Positions 12,972 to 26,466 are shown, counted from the stretch's first letter. The stretch: DNA of 64,000 bases from Azolla caroliniana (GCA_043228905.1 JBHGNT010000008.1:4712001-4776000); one strand, 5' to 3'. Translations and numbers: made by a program. Notes: generated from the sequence alone by a model not told the origin.

Positions 12972-15900
12972 CTATATCCTTCTGTATTCATCCCCACAGT
13001 CTCCAATTACAGTTAGGAGATCCCTGCCCTTTTTAGCTACCTGTTTTATATTGGCTTCATCATCCTCATCAAGATTCAAGCTGAATATTGCTTTTGAATC
13101 TTGTACATGTTCAGAAAGGCCAAGTCGAACACCTATCATCGATGCTGCTACTCCTCGCTGAAAATTCATAATACATTAAACAAATTTCATCTTTTTCTAA
13201 AAGTTTCATGGTTTAAAAGTTGTTTCAAAAATATAACTGCTATGATATTTAACATATACATATAAGCAAGCATCTATGCATTGATATAAACATTGTATCT
13301 CGCATTGTAGGTGAATGATATACAACATTATATATAAACATTATATTTGCATGATATATAATGTGTGCATGCATGATACAGAAGTGGAGGTTTATTTTGG
13401 CAGTTTCTGAGAAATTGCCGAAATTGAGAGAAAAATAGCAAATATTGGATCAAGAATCTCCTAATTGCTGAAATTAAGTTCCTTAAAAGTTTCTGAAAAC
13501 TCAGGTTTCTTTTCCTGCTGCTTGTAGGGTTTAGAGAAGCAGAGAGGGGAAATGTAGGTGGTTTCTCTGTTAAATTATCCATGAAAAAAATGTATGCATT
13601 ATGCTATAAGGAAGCATGAAAATAATAATAATAGAGGACATCATATACAGATAAATAAGTGATATATGAGGTCCAATAGATAGCATAATAAGACCTCAAC
13701 TCTCACTGGATAAACTCACTAATAAATTGTTCAACCAACAATATATAGTACGGTAAACTTGGTGAGAATCAAATTAAAAGTAAAATAAATTTCAAACTGA
13801 ACTACCTGATTAAGAACATATTTCACTGCAACAGCAGGAATAGAAACATCATGTTTCAATGATATTTTCTTCAATGTCCTTAACATCTCCTGGAAAAGAC
13901 TCCATCCTCCCCACGCATCAACCATCTGATTGAGATTGATTACCAAAAAACTGTTTGTTATTCAAATTTAGACATTAATAATTATGACAAACAATCACGT
14001 GCAACCCTCAGAAGACCCAATTTGTCCATTGTTTATTGATTGATTCGTTAAAAAGGTGCATCATTTCAGTGTAACATGAAAAAATCCAGATATTTCTATT
14101 TCCTCCCTTAAGGGAAAAATAGGCAAGTTATCAAAATGCCAGTCAGGTTTACCATAATTCCCAAAATGCAACAAAGTAATGTCTTAATACAATATCAAAT
14201 CTACGTGTTCTTTCATCAACCAAATCCATTTACTTCCAAACTTCTGAATCTTAACCTTGCAGAATTAAGATGACTAGTTACTAAAACCCAAGTACAATTA
14301 TTTAAGCTATTCACGTCATTAATGACTGATAATTAGTTGCCTTAATTAGCTCAGAATAATAGTTTCAAGCTTTTTATTTTCAGGATTTTTGGTTTTGGTT
14401 TCAGCACATACACAAATCACACTTGTATAGTTCATGGAATTTTAGAAATTGGTGAGCCTGAGTGGCATCCTGGGAATCATAATAAACCAGATTGGCATTC
14501 TGGTAAGTTTACTGAAACCAATGATCATAACCTTAAATCTTAAAATCCATTATTTCATGGTATAGCAGGAATATGGCGAACCCCAGTGGCATTTTGGAAA
14601 TTCTACTAAACCAGAGTGTCATTTCACAACTCTCACAAGTTAAAATGCTCACCTGTTTGTATTTGTTTAAAGATGGAGTGTTTAGTGGAGGTCCTGAGAA
14701 TGGGATTGATATATTTGTATCTAAAAACTTCTCAGACAGCAACCCACCCATCACTGTTCCATACCTACTCAAAGCAACCAAAATGTTACCATCATCAAGA
14801 ATGAAAATAAAGAAATGAAAAATACAGTTGAACAAAGGAATCACATAAGATGCATGGAAAAACACCAAAATACCCCTAACATTTTGGATATTTACCAGAA
14901 TACTCCTAAGTTCTTTAAATTTTACCAGCATGCCCCTCTGTGATAGTAGATTTTGCAATACAGTGAAGTATCCACATAATTTATTAAGGCGTTGGCAACA
15001 AGTTAGTAGTATTTTGGCATAATGGAAAATTCCGTACGTTATCAATTTGACCCCAGTTAGTTCACAAAGTTCTGCCATTCTGCGGTCCGGGCGTGTATCC
15101 ACCAAAGAGTACTGAACCTATTGATAGCCAAATCATAATATGAATAAGATAACAGCAATGACACAAAATAAAAGAAAATCAAATCAGTTAAATCTTACTT
15201 GGTTGCTCACAATAGGTATCTCATTTCCCAGTATTAGTTGCAACCGTTTGGTGTCAAAGTTAGTCAAAGCTAATGTCTTGATTTTCCCTATAATAGCAAA
15301 AGATACATTCTGCAGCAACTAATGAGAAGTTACGTTCCAATTGGGTCTCGGGATTGTGCACAAATACTCAACAAATGACTTCACACACCACAACCAAGGA
15401 ATGTATAAATATCATTGAAAACCAAGGATCTCAGATTGAAAATTTCCAGACAATTAGAAGTGTCATGAATCCAATGAGTAGGATGTTAAATCCTATAAAA
15501 TCCTGACAAAGGGTTCGAGGCTGATCAGAAATCAACATAAGAAGAAAATAACGAGTGCAATCTTCAATTCTAGAACGCCTAACTGAAGAAGTGCAAGTGC
15601 ATAGACTAGACAAAAATGTCTCATATCTACTCACATCATAGGTGCAGGCTCAAAGAGCTTCTAGAATAACTAGGATTGTTATTGGCAAACATGACCATGA
15701 CAAAGGCTAGCAAAAATCAAGAGACAATATAAATATACATACATATACAAACAACACTCACAAAAAATAATAAATATACATGCATAAACAAACCGTGGAC
15801 AAAACTATCATGTTGCTGTACTAAGGAAAAGAGACAAACATATAAACCTTCATAAGACCAAACCTTCAATTATTGCACATATACCCAATCAAACAGATGA

Positions 15901-18900
15901 ACCAAATATAGGAGATCTTTTGCAATCTTCTTAGGAAGACAACCCAAGAAACCATCAACATACCTTCCTCCTTAAGGTCTGTTAAATGCTTCAATGCATC
16001 CAAATAACCTTTATTTGAGTAATCCCACCTGAATGAGACCCATATAAATTAAGAAAACAGTAACTACAGTATATTAGGCACCAACTTAAAAGACCATGAA
16101 ACAATTATTAGACGAATATGTACCAGTGGAACTGAAGCATATCCAAATTCTTAACGTCCATTCTTTTTCGAGATCTATCGATATTTCCTTCGACATATGC
16201 TCGTGTCATCTTCACGGGTGGTGGTACCCATTTTGTCAGCCTATTGTCATCACAAAGTTGGAGGTGTCATCCATAAAGTTCAATAGTGAAACCCTAGCCA
16301 ATGAGACCTGCTGTGCACAATAAGATTGCAATTTTATAAAATTTTATTTTCTTAATAATAATGCAATAAGGGAAATTTACCAAAATACACCTTACTTCAA
16401 GAACTTCTCTCTATATATAATTTTAAGACTGCAGAGAGAGGAATTCGTATAGAAGACCACATTTAGAAATTCAAAAAAATGAGAGATGTTCGGGGAACTT
16501 TGAAAATTCTAGGTTTATCTTTTAATTTTGTGGAAAACTAAGGGTACTTTGGTAAGTTTCCCTAAAATAAGGGTTGCTGTTAAAAGAACATGCATAATGT
16601 GAGAAGATATGCACCCCTTAACATTATACGCAAGCTCATCTCCTCGCTCTCGACGAACTCTATTTATGAATAGCCCATATAAATCTTCAGCAGGACCATC
16701 TGCATAGAAATATGTCATAAATATAGAGCTAGAATGATAGGCACAGATGTGTAAGCTACTTTAGGTATAATTATAGTAGCATAACACTTAAAATACACAA
16801 GTATTTTAATGTTAAGACAAACATCTATAAACTACTTTAGCATACATCTATATTCTGTGGAAACATAAAACATGAGACAGCATGGTTCTTCAAGGTTTCC
16901 CTGCATCTTCAATCAAGAAGCCTAGATAAAATCTCCTCACATGCAGTGAATGTTTGGAATAATATACCTCTAGAATACAACATATCCAACCTCACACAAC
17001 TCTTTCTCCTTCAAAGAGCATGAATGTTGAGCAAAAGAGAAGAATATTGACCAAAACAAAGTAGTGAAACAGAATTCGAAAACAAATGTAATAAAAAGTA
17101 CACATGTTTTACAAACCAATCTGAGAGGATGAAATACCTATCTCAAGAAGCATGCAACTACTTCTTTGGCATCAACACTCATGTCATTACCATTCAAGAG
17201 TACGAAAATTCACATGAAACAATGCTAAAATAAATGGATCAATGCACTATGTTTCTACCATTTCTCTATAGAGTGATGGAAACACTGAGTTATGATGGAG
17301 TCCAACACTAAATCAAACTGTGTACTTTATTCTGTGAACCATAACACTAAATCAGACAAACTGCTTATGTAGTCTGTACAAGAGACTGACTATGTAAACA
17401 ATTGCGTACAAGATTGTATACAAGCAAAGAAGAGCAAGTTATAAACAATTCATCGATGTAGAAGAGTGGAGACAAGTGGAAAAACACACGAAAAATTTAT
17501 TCAAATATTGAAATGTGCCTAATCAGATAATGAAGAATATGTCAACAATTGGATGATGAGAAACAAAAATGATCAATGCAACCAGTCAGCCTGTCCAATG
17601 TGGGAAACAATAGTGTGAACGTGAAATAAATAAGTTGAATACCTACATAAAAATATGCACGAAGATGGATATATGAAGAACCATATCCACTGTGAAAAAT
17701 ACTTATCACAATCAGGTATCTCTTTGGAAACAAGTTAAAAGGAAATCTAAGCAAATAAAAAAAGCATGATATCATATTTCATAATATAAGCCTTCCTAAT
17801 AATATAGCTCCAGCATACTTTAGTTACAATACTTGACCTTAAATTGGTACCTTCAAATCAAGCATTATAGCTCCAGCATACGAGAACTATGACTATGACT
17901 CATAAATTAGAGCTTGTGTAATCAAGCCCCATTGGATGTTCCATAAATAGGACAACTATGTTAATATATGTACAGAAATTGTTTGCCGGGGAATTTAATC
18001 CAGATAGAAAAATATTCATGTGAATGCTTCCTCATTGCTAAGGGCTTGAGAAGGATCTCTGTTATGATCAAGATTAACCAGTTGCTTGACTAGATATTTA
18101 TTTTTAGTAGGTATATGTTGTTGGTCACAAAGCTAATTTGTCGACAAGATGCATATTTCTCACAGCTATACATACTTCAAGAAAACAGAATAAAACGTTG
18201 ATGATTGACCGTGATCAGCATACTTTTCACAAGAATTGATCTTCTAGTGGGCACTGTTTTTTTATCTAATTTCTCTCTAAACACACTCAGCTTCAAAACA
18301 TGCCTTCTTTCTCTCTATATATGTGGCACACTATGGACTTCATTGTGGTTCACTTTTTTTACTCAAAACTCAATGACATAACCAGGCATCTCTAAGTAAG
18401 TGTTATTATCCTGGTACATTTACCTTATATAGCAAACTGAAAACGACATTTGTTTCATGATTCCTCTCTTCACCATTCTTATAAAAAGACAATTTGATAA
18501 TCATGGCTGTTAGTAAGCATAATACAGATATGCCCGTATAGGACTTCCAATGACACAACTCTTAATAAGATCCCATTCACAAAGCTGACACCTTTCATTT
18601 GCAAAATGTAAATAAGACAATGCTAGTGTTCACAAGAGTCACAATGCCAAGTTGTTACGTAGGGGAAGCCCTAACTCTCATCATTCGGAATCAGGTTCAA
18701 ATCACACGCAGCACAATTGCAGTATGTGTCCGCATTGAGTAGAATTTGTCCAGTCGGATCAAAATCATGGCCAATGTTATAATCCTGGGGTATAAGCTAT
18801 GCAATGCTATACTTGTGGATGATGGCCAATGTTATGTTTATGGTTTATCGATAAGCTACTGCCCTTAGTATTTTGAGACCAATGAGATGTCGCCAATGGA

Positions 18901-19529
18901 GCACCTTGCTCCCTTTTTCCATGGTTTGCCATTCCTTAGTACTGTAAGTGTTCTTATACCATGCTTCACGTTAACATCGGAAAAGCCTAATTATAACAAA
19001 GAAGAAAGAAAAACATAAACAAGAAACAACAGAGCTTACAATGATCATCCATGGTTTGCCATTCCTTAGTGGTGTAAGTGTTCTTATGCCATGCATCACA
19101 TTAACATTGGAAAAGCCTAATTATAACAAAGAAGAAAGAAAAACATAAACAAGAGACACAACAGAGCTTACAATGATCAGCCATGTCGAATGTGAAGAAA
19201 CCTCCATCCAAATATCTAAGCATAGAATCAACAGCGAGTTTAGGATCGATCTTCCCCCATCCTCCACTGGTCTGCCACATCCCATTCACAACTCTACATA
19301 TCTCAAGCGTATCCTTCCCATTCTGCACGGTAGCTTTCCAAGTGGGGTCACTTTGTTGGCAAGTAACCACAGATGATGGTGATGGTGATGGTGATGGTGA
19401 TGGTGATGGTATGCTGTTTCTTGATAAAGAGGAGGAGGAGGATCGTGGAGGTGAGGGGAAGCAGTGTAAGCATCTAGAGCTCCAGAGCAGAGAATTAGGG
19501 TTAGGGTACAGTCCACAGTAGGAAGCCAT
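12972..19529 (-). CDS. Aldo-keto reductase family NAD(P)-linked oxidoreductase with a plastid transit peptide (resembles the Arabidopsis At2g27680 type)
   Basis: Nine GT-AG exons: 19529-19172, 16699-16615, 16240-16124, 16028-15964, 15287-15199, 15117-15038, 14764-14653, 13925-13806, 13157-12972. Motifs: ICRVVNGMWQTSGGWG, TFDMADHYGPAEDLYG, LTKWVP, LDMLQFHWWDY, IKTLALTNFDT, VSNQVQYSLVD, YGTVMGGLLSEK, IGVRLG, GDCGDEYR. Ser/Pro-rich N-terminus with a (PS)n tract from a GGTGAT repeat. Confidence 0.95.
14110..14520. mobile_element. Degenerate MITE-like inverted-repeat element in AKR intron 7
   Basis: AATGCCAGTCAGGTTTACCATAATTCCCAAAATGC (~14135) pairs with the reverse complement of GCATCCTGGGAATCATAATAAACCAGATTGGCATT (~14465-14499). 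Boundaries are approximate. Confidence 0.5.
16370..16562. mobile_element. Mutator-like MITE in AKR intron 2
   Basis: Terminal inverted repeats GGGAAATTTACCAAAATACACCTTA / TAAGGGTACTTTGGTAAGTTTCCC; imperfect flanking TGCAATAA / TAAAATAA. Confidence 0.65.
18919..19178. repeat. About 130-bp tandem duplication that includes the AKR exon-1 splice donor
   Basis: CCATGGTTTGCCATTCCTTAGT..AGAGCTTACAATGATCA occurs twice. Confidence 0.92.
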
Positions 19530-19583
19530 GTGGTCTGCACAGGCTGATTGATGTGTGTGGTGGATTTCAGTCTCTGTTGTTAT

Positions 19584-20138
19584 CTTAATCCTTAATCTCT
19601 GTTCTTATATCTTAATCATCTTTGATTAGTGCTTAAACACTCTTTATCTCAAGTGCCCTTAATCGCCACTTGAATTAGCACTAATCTTAGCTAATTGATG
19701 CGCAGTGTTTTTAATTACTCCCTTGTGATTTCCTTACTATGTTTTGTTTCCGTGGGTAAATTAAAAAGCTTAACCCTTAATCTATGTTCTTATCTTAATA
19801 ATCTTTGGTTAGTGCTTAAACACTCTTTCTCTTAAGTGCCCTTAATCGCCACTTGAATTAGCACTAATCTTAGTTAATCTTAATTGTTTTTAATTACCCC
19901 CTTTGTGATTTCCTTACTATGTTTGTTTTGTTTTCGTGGGCAGATTAAAAAGCTTAATCCTTAACCTATGTTCTTATCTTAATAATCTTTGGTTAGTGCT
20001 TAAACACTCTTTCTCTTAAGTGCCCTTAATCGCCACTTGAATTAGCACTAATCTTAGCTAATCTTAAATGTTTTTAATTGCCCCCTTTGTGATTTCCTTA
20101 CTATGTTTGTTTTGTTTCCGTAGGCAGATTAAAAAAGC
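19584..20138. repeat. Three ~184-bp tandem repeats immediately upstream of the AKR start codon
   Basis: CTTAATC..TAGTGCTTAAACACTCTTT..AAGTGCCCTTAATCGCCACTTGAATTAGCACTAATCTTAG..GTGATTTCCTTACTATGTTT..ATTAAAAAGC occurs three times. Confidence 0.93.
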
Positions 20139-22213
20139 CTTTCGGGCGGCTTCGTTGTGGAAGAAGGCTTTCATTAGGAGGCCTTTAGTTAAATGTGGGT
20201 AGTTCATTATTAGTGAGGTGTTGATGTGGAGAAGGAAGGAACAACCAAGAAAGATGTTTGCTCAAAAAAACACCTAAGGATTGCATAGATGCGCACTCTT
20301 TTATTGTAAAGAAACATTCATTGTTTGTCAAGCTGAATTTGGAGAGTCTGATCATTTGAGTGACATGAAACTGCCCAACCAACCAGAAAATATTGGTATA
20401 ACTGGCATTGTTTTATAAAAGTATGGATGCTTCGCTTTAATCGAGCTTTTAAGGTCGTAATGATATAATGATATCCATGACACATTAATGAATAATAATT
20501 GCATGTTGTTTATGAGCAAGAAATCATCAACTCAAGAAATCGACGCACCTCTCCTCTCAGAAGCATATAGATTATTTGCTATCTACAAAACTTATTAAGC
20601 AAGAGACAATATTTAAGACAAGAGGCTACAATTACATCCAATGATTGGTGACAATATCATTGAGATCAACTAGGGGAAGCTCCTTCCATTCCATACAATT
20701 AAAACATGGAATGCACATCATCACATGTCAAGATTCCTCAACTTCTCACTATACCTTTCTAGCCCTTATAACAACCTTTACAATATTGATATTCCCCACA
20801 TGTGTGTATAACTCCTCGGTCATTTGTGGCCATGACATCATCTCCTCCTCTATTGGCGACTTCCAAGAGGTGTAGGCTTTCAAGGATAAGAAAGATAAAA
20901 CTCTTTGTGGAGGTGGTTGGTGGCTTCCCAAGTGGGTTTAGACAATGGGTATCTTTTCTACAAGACTAGATATTGGAAGAGTTGTGTCCAAAAGTATCAT
21001 GAGGTGTATTCTAAGACGTCTCTAGGGGTGGATGTAGAACATGCATCGTTGCCGTTATGCATGTAGGTGGGCCCTATAGTTGGATAAATTGAGTTTTCCC
21101 GAAGGGGCCGATACGGCTCATATCATGGAGTGTTGCATTTCCAAGGGTCACTACCGAGACTTTAGAGGTCACATTCCTCGTAGTGGGCTAACTAAGGGAT
21201 TGGGGGACATCACTCTTCAACGGCAAAGACAACATCATACATCAACACATAAAACACACTTACTTTGACACTCCATGCAATTGTGCCTTAAAGGCTTCTA
21301 AAGTTAGTCTAAATTTAATACAGACCTAATGACCACATTGATTAAGAAATATGTTAGTCTTAAATAGATAATTACTACATAAAAAACATATGAGGGGTCA
21401 TAATTAAATAGATAATTGTTAAATAAAAAACATGTATATCTCAATTAATTAGTGTGAAAAAACTACATGGAAAAAAGTGGCTCTTAATTATTGCAAAGGG
21501 GAGAGACCGATGACCAAAAGGTAGCCCCAAAGTTGGGGCACCCAAAGGCCGATTTTACATGAGAGTTGTTGCCCCTTTATACAAGTTGGAAACCCCAAAG
21601 GGTCCCATTCACATTGCAAGCCCATTTGTTATTAATCATTCCGACTTAATAAAGGGGATTTCCCCACAAATTATAATATGCCTATGTTTCCTATATACAT
21701 TTTTCCTATGACCAATAGTTTATATTGGAAATACTAAACCTTATAGGGTTGATGAGCCTAAATAATCTAACATCGTTTCCTATAACATTGGGTGTATAAC
21801 ATAGTGGCCATTATGCAATGATACCATGTTCATCATCACAACAACTCTAATTACACACACACATGTATACATAGAGACAAATTGATTATAGAACGTTTTA
21901 TGGCAAAACCATGTCAACTTGAACTCAAACTCTAGGCAAACCCAAACTTCAACATAAAGGGACAAGACATACCATATATAACATAACATGTCGATGACCT
22001 CAACATCACAACATTGCATGCCGATTGGATGGATCCCATCAATCATGAACAAACATGGATCCAATTCATGACTGAGTTGTAGATGGTATTAGAAGGTATG
22101 TTACTACTTGACTTGAGCCACAATAAATCATCTCTATTGTATTCCCAATTATTGTACAGTTGGCATACGAGTAACCTACCCTCCAAATCAATAGTCATTC
22201 ATAAGTGGGATAT

Positions 22214-22705
22214 TGTTACGTGCATAACCATAATTGATCACGAGATAAGTTTTTCGTAGTTTTCCATAATCTTGTGATGAGTACATGTAGGTTAATTCTG
22301 AAAGGAACATTTAAGGTATGAATTGTAATATTTAATTCTATGGTGTGGGATAAGTGTTAAGTGTGTTATCACTTATCCACTTCAAATAAAGGAGTCAAGT
22401 GTGAACACTCTAGGGCTTAGGGTTTCTGCCTGTATAAGAAGGCTAACGACCTTCTTATCAAGGGAGGCTTGACTTATGTTGAGACTATGATAGTGTGGTT
22501 ATGTCCCTTGTTAGTTAAGCATGTGTGATCCTTGTAGGACCCAAGGTACGACTTGCATCAACCCGTGATGGTATGGGATATTGAGGAGGTTTGAGTTTGT
22601 CTCACACCGTTGCAAGGGGGTGGTCGGGTGATTTGGCATTCCTGTTTCCTTTCTTTGGTTTATAATTCCTTATATTTTGCTTAATTAATTAGTTAGACTC
22701 TAATA
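22214..22705. mobile_element. Solo LTR, family S1 copy 1
   Basis: TGTTA...TAATA (decayed TAACA) with 5-bp TSD GATAT/GATAT; homologous to 23749-24239. Confidence 0.8.
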
Positions 22706-23609
22706 GATATCCCTCATGTTCATGTACTTTTTTAATGTAGACGTTGTTGTTGTGCATATATAGAACAACAATCCCAAAGCCCATCAAAAGTCTATTAACT
22801 TCAATAAAAGGTCTCCCAAATTAGGTCACTTGATGGGTAATCTAGTGACTACAAACATAAGGCAATACTCAAATTTGTATATTATGAATAGGTGGTCTAG
22901 TATTATGCTCTCTAGGCCTTTGATTGAACCAATAGTCATGGGTGGTTTCATCTCTATGAACCGATATTCACACAGTAGAATTATGAGAATCCACGCAAAG
23001 CTCCAAGGGCACACTATATGTGTAAATTGCCTCCTAGCAAAGAAACTAGTAGATGTGGAGGGTCCCTGCCCATTCCATGGGTCCCACAAGATTGCTTACC
23101 GGTATCAACGATTATGAAAAAATGATTGCATGGTATTGATTATGTCAAACTCAAATTTGATCTCATCACATACTTCACAAGCAACAACTAGTTTAGAAAC
23201 ATGATGTGGTTCAATGGTTAGCCATGATGTGGTATGGGTGAAGTGTTAATCTCGTGAATGTGATGAGTAGAAGATTTTGATTAGAGTTTGCTTTAGTAGT
23301 TAATGTACACATTAGAAAATCGAGAATAGTCAACAACTACTCTTGCCAATCTCTCTTACTTGAGAGTATTGGACAATGGTATGATCCCACACCATTACCT
23401 TGCAAGACATCATGAGTAAGATGTGATCTTAGTAAACAACCTAAGGTTACCATAAGGATTGAAGCTAAATTAGCAAAGTAGACATCTCTCTTGGTTCAAA
23501 ATCCTTGCAACAATGAAAGATGATATCATCAAGTCAATAAAATGATGGGATAATAAGAATGATGGTGATTGTGGAGAAAAATAGGAAAAGGAATCAATAG
23601 AATTGTAAA

Positions 23610-24696
23610 AGTAGCAAAACAATTTGATGGAAGAAACGTCAACATGTTTCTTGAATTTTACAAAAGGGAAATGTTGTAGAATGGTATTCCTGAAATGAAA
23701 AGTGTTACTTGCTTCGATTATGTTGTGTCAATTGGGTCACAAATATCGTGTTATGTGCATAACCATAACTGATCATGAGTTGGGTTTTCCATAGTTTTCC
23801 TTAATCTTATGATAATCTTATGATGAGTGCATGGGGTTTATTTCTAAAAGGAACATGGGTATGAATTATAATATTCAATTCTATGGTGTGGGATAACTAT
23901 TAAGTGTGTTTTGACTTGACCACTTCATATAAAGTAGTCAAGTGTGAACAGACTAGGGGCCTAGGGTTTCTACCTATATAAGAAGGCTAACTACCTTCTT
24001 ATTGGGAGAGGGTGTGACTCATGTTGAGATTATGACAATCTCTTGTTAGCTAAGCATGCGCGATCCTTGTAGGACCCAAGGTACAACTTGTATCAACCTT
24101 CGATGGTATGGGATATTGAGGAGGTTTGGGCCCATCTCACGTCGTTGCTAGCGGTGGTCAAGTGGTTTGACACCCCTCTTTCTTTTCTTTGGTCTATAAT
24201 TCCTTATGTTTTGTTTAATTAATTAATTAGTCTCTAACATATGGGTAGTGGAACTATAATGTAATAACACTACTTGAGTGGAGTTTGAACTAGCTTTGCT
24301 CATAAATTTTGCACCTGATGATACCACAAAGGTTATATGATAAAATCTTTTCAAATGGGTGGACCGTGGAAGCAATGGGAAGTGTAACTATGGTTCTTAG
24401 TGAGTTTCAACAACAACTAGCTTAACTCTCATTGCTTAACTCTAAACAACTATAATTCCTTATGTTTTGTTTAATCAATTAATTAGTCTCTAATATATGG
24501 GTAGTAGAACTATAATGTAATAACACTACTTGGGTGGAGTTTGAACTAGCTTTGCTCATAAATTTTGCACCCGATGATACCACAAAGGTTATATGATAAA
24601 ATCTTTTCAAATGGGTGGACCATGGAAGCAATGGGAAGTGTAACTATGGTTCTTAGTGAGTTTCAACAACAACTAGCTTAACTCTCATTGCTTAAC
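23610..24696 (+). pseudogene. Highly decayed gypsy gag relic, split by solo LTR S1 copy 2 and partly duplicated
   Basis: FDGRNVNMFLEFYKREML*NGIPE.. before the LTR and ..EFELALLINFAPDDTTKV..FKWVD after it resemble the Gag at 32684 (FGGKDAMTYLEAYRAEM..EEFEGRILEKYGLDDALRL..FMEWVE). A ~256-bp tandem duplication spans 24195-24696. Confidence 0.6.
23749..24239. mobile_element. Solo LTR, family S1 copy 2
   Basis: TGTTA...TAACA with near-TSD TATCG/TATGG; homologous to 22214-22705. Confidence 0.75.
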
Positions 24697-25070
24697 CTGG
24701 GGTTGTTTGGGCTAGACAAGGTTCTACTTTTTATAAAATAGTGAATCAAAGGGGATGAATGGAAGTGGGGATTTTATTAGAGGACAATGAAAACAATAAT
24801 GGCCTCACAAAATTGTCATGAGGTGAGGTGGGAAAGTGACCACTAAAACAAAAGAAGGGAATGGTTTGGGAGCATAAATGCCATGGGTTGAATGTATCTC
24901 TCACATAACATAAATTCAAGTACCATTGATGTTGACAAAACATTGAAAGGTTTGGTAAATATGGATCAATGATACTATACTATCTTCACATAATAGTTTA
25001 TTCAATAACATGTCATCAGTCATGGAAGTACAATGCATGTTAGGACTTTGTTGCTTAAAGAAACGTGTGG

Positions 25071-26342
25071 CTATTTATTGTGGAGGCTTAGAACCTTGTC
25101 CCAAGAGGGTCGAGAAGAGATGTTTTTCCACCAAGAGTTAACATGCTTGCGAGAGGTGATGACATTACCTCGATTGGCAACATTGACAAGGTAGTGGGTG
25201 AAAGGTAGATGAGAAAGGTCGGCGAGGCTAAAGAAGTTGCCTGCTAGGAATTGATTGCCAGTGTGAGCAAAGTGAGCCTCATAGACATCGAGAACCTTCT
25301 CAAGCTTTGCAAGTTTCTCTGCCACTATGATCTCGTTTGTAGGGGTCCCACATCGTGGGTTGATAATAAGTTCCATCACCAATACAGATAAAAGTGGATT
25401 GTAGTTTTGTGCCTCCACTTCCAACCATTGCTCAACTGTGGCCTTCTCTTGCAATGTATGACCATAAAGAGACGTTCCAACATCATTGTACTTGGTTGCA
25501 ATATAGCGAATAATTGCTCGTGATTCTAGATGTACAAAAGAGGATAAGTTTTGACCCAAAGAAATGATTACAGTGATGAGAAGGAAGCATGGGATATAGT
25601 GAGGAAAACACACCATAGATGTAGAAGTCTCCATCTTGCAAGACAGGAATCACTCCAAAAGGCTTCAAAAGCATCAAGAAACGAGGATATGATCATTAGA
25701 CAATGGAGAAATATAAAATAATGGTAATTACTATCGCCTATGATGCTAATAGGGTTTATGTAGAGATTATTATGTAAAGATAAAATGAAGTAAAAAACTT
25801 ATGGTCCATGGCTAGCATCATTTATTTCTTATAATTTATGTTATTCAATAAGATTTTTGTTTTCTTAAGAAAGAAATGTCCTAGAATAGCAAAACATCTC
25901 ATGCACAAAAAACAAATTATTTAGTTTTAACAAGTTTGAAATGCAATGATGATAAATTTTCCGGAATCTCTTCTTCACTTCAAATAACAAAAGTTTTAAT
26001 GAATGACCGAATGTCGTAAACTCATAGAATGTTATTTTGGAGCTTGTTGTTTCCCAAACATAGACATTAATCATGAGTAAACTTTAGCTATGACTAGGGA
26101 AAGAAATAATGACTATGTAGATATTGGGTAAAATAAATAATTAACAACCATGGAGTGACAAATAATTGGTTCACACTAACTTGCAATGTGAGATAGTGAG
26201 GACTCTTGTTTTCGCCCTTCCAGAAGTCAATTGTTTTGATTTCAAACAATGCTTCCTTTTCGATTACAGCTGTTAAAACCCGGCTAGTGGAAGCAGACGT
26301 TGCCAACCCGTAGATCTTCAAAGCATCATGTGATTGAGCCAT
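25071..26342 (-). CDS. GSTF: Phi-class glutathione S-transferase
   Basis: Three exons: 26342-26181, 25662-25614 (49 nt, typical of phi GSTs), 25525-25071. Motifs: LKIYG..SASTSRVL, GENKSPHYLTLQPFGVIPVLQDGD, ESRAIIRYIA, VEQWLEVEAQ, LEKVLDVYE, FLAGNFFSLADLSHLP, HVNSWW..ISSRPSW. Confidence 0.96.
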
Positions 26343-26466
26343 ATTGTGCTTTTTAATCAAGTAGTTGGCTATAAAAACAAACTCAAGCAAACAAATGCGA
26401 TGATCAGAGTGTTTTTCTTGTACATAATGCAATTGAATGATATGCATTTATATACACATAAACACG

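Noticed and set aside
19286-19540. Poly-histidine ORF
   Set aside because: Alternative-frame reading of the GGTGAT repeat that encodes (PS)n in the AKR transit peptide.
20600-23500. Possible decayed minus-strand retroelement coding relics around the solo LTR
   Set aside because: Only vague protease-like similarity by eye; too degenerate to call without a profile search.
22214-24239. Single TRIM/LARD bounded by two LTRs
   Set aside because: Each LTR has its own TSD and there is no PBS or PPT on the inner sides.
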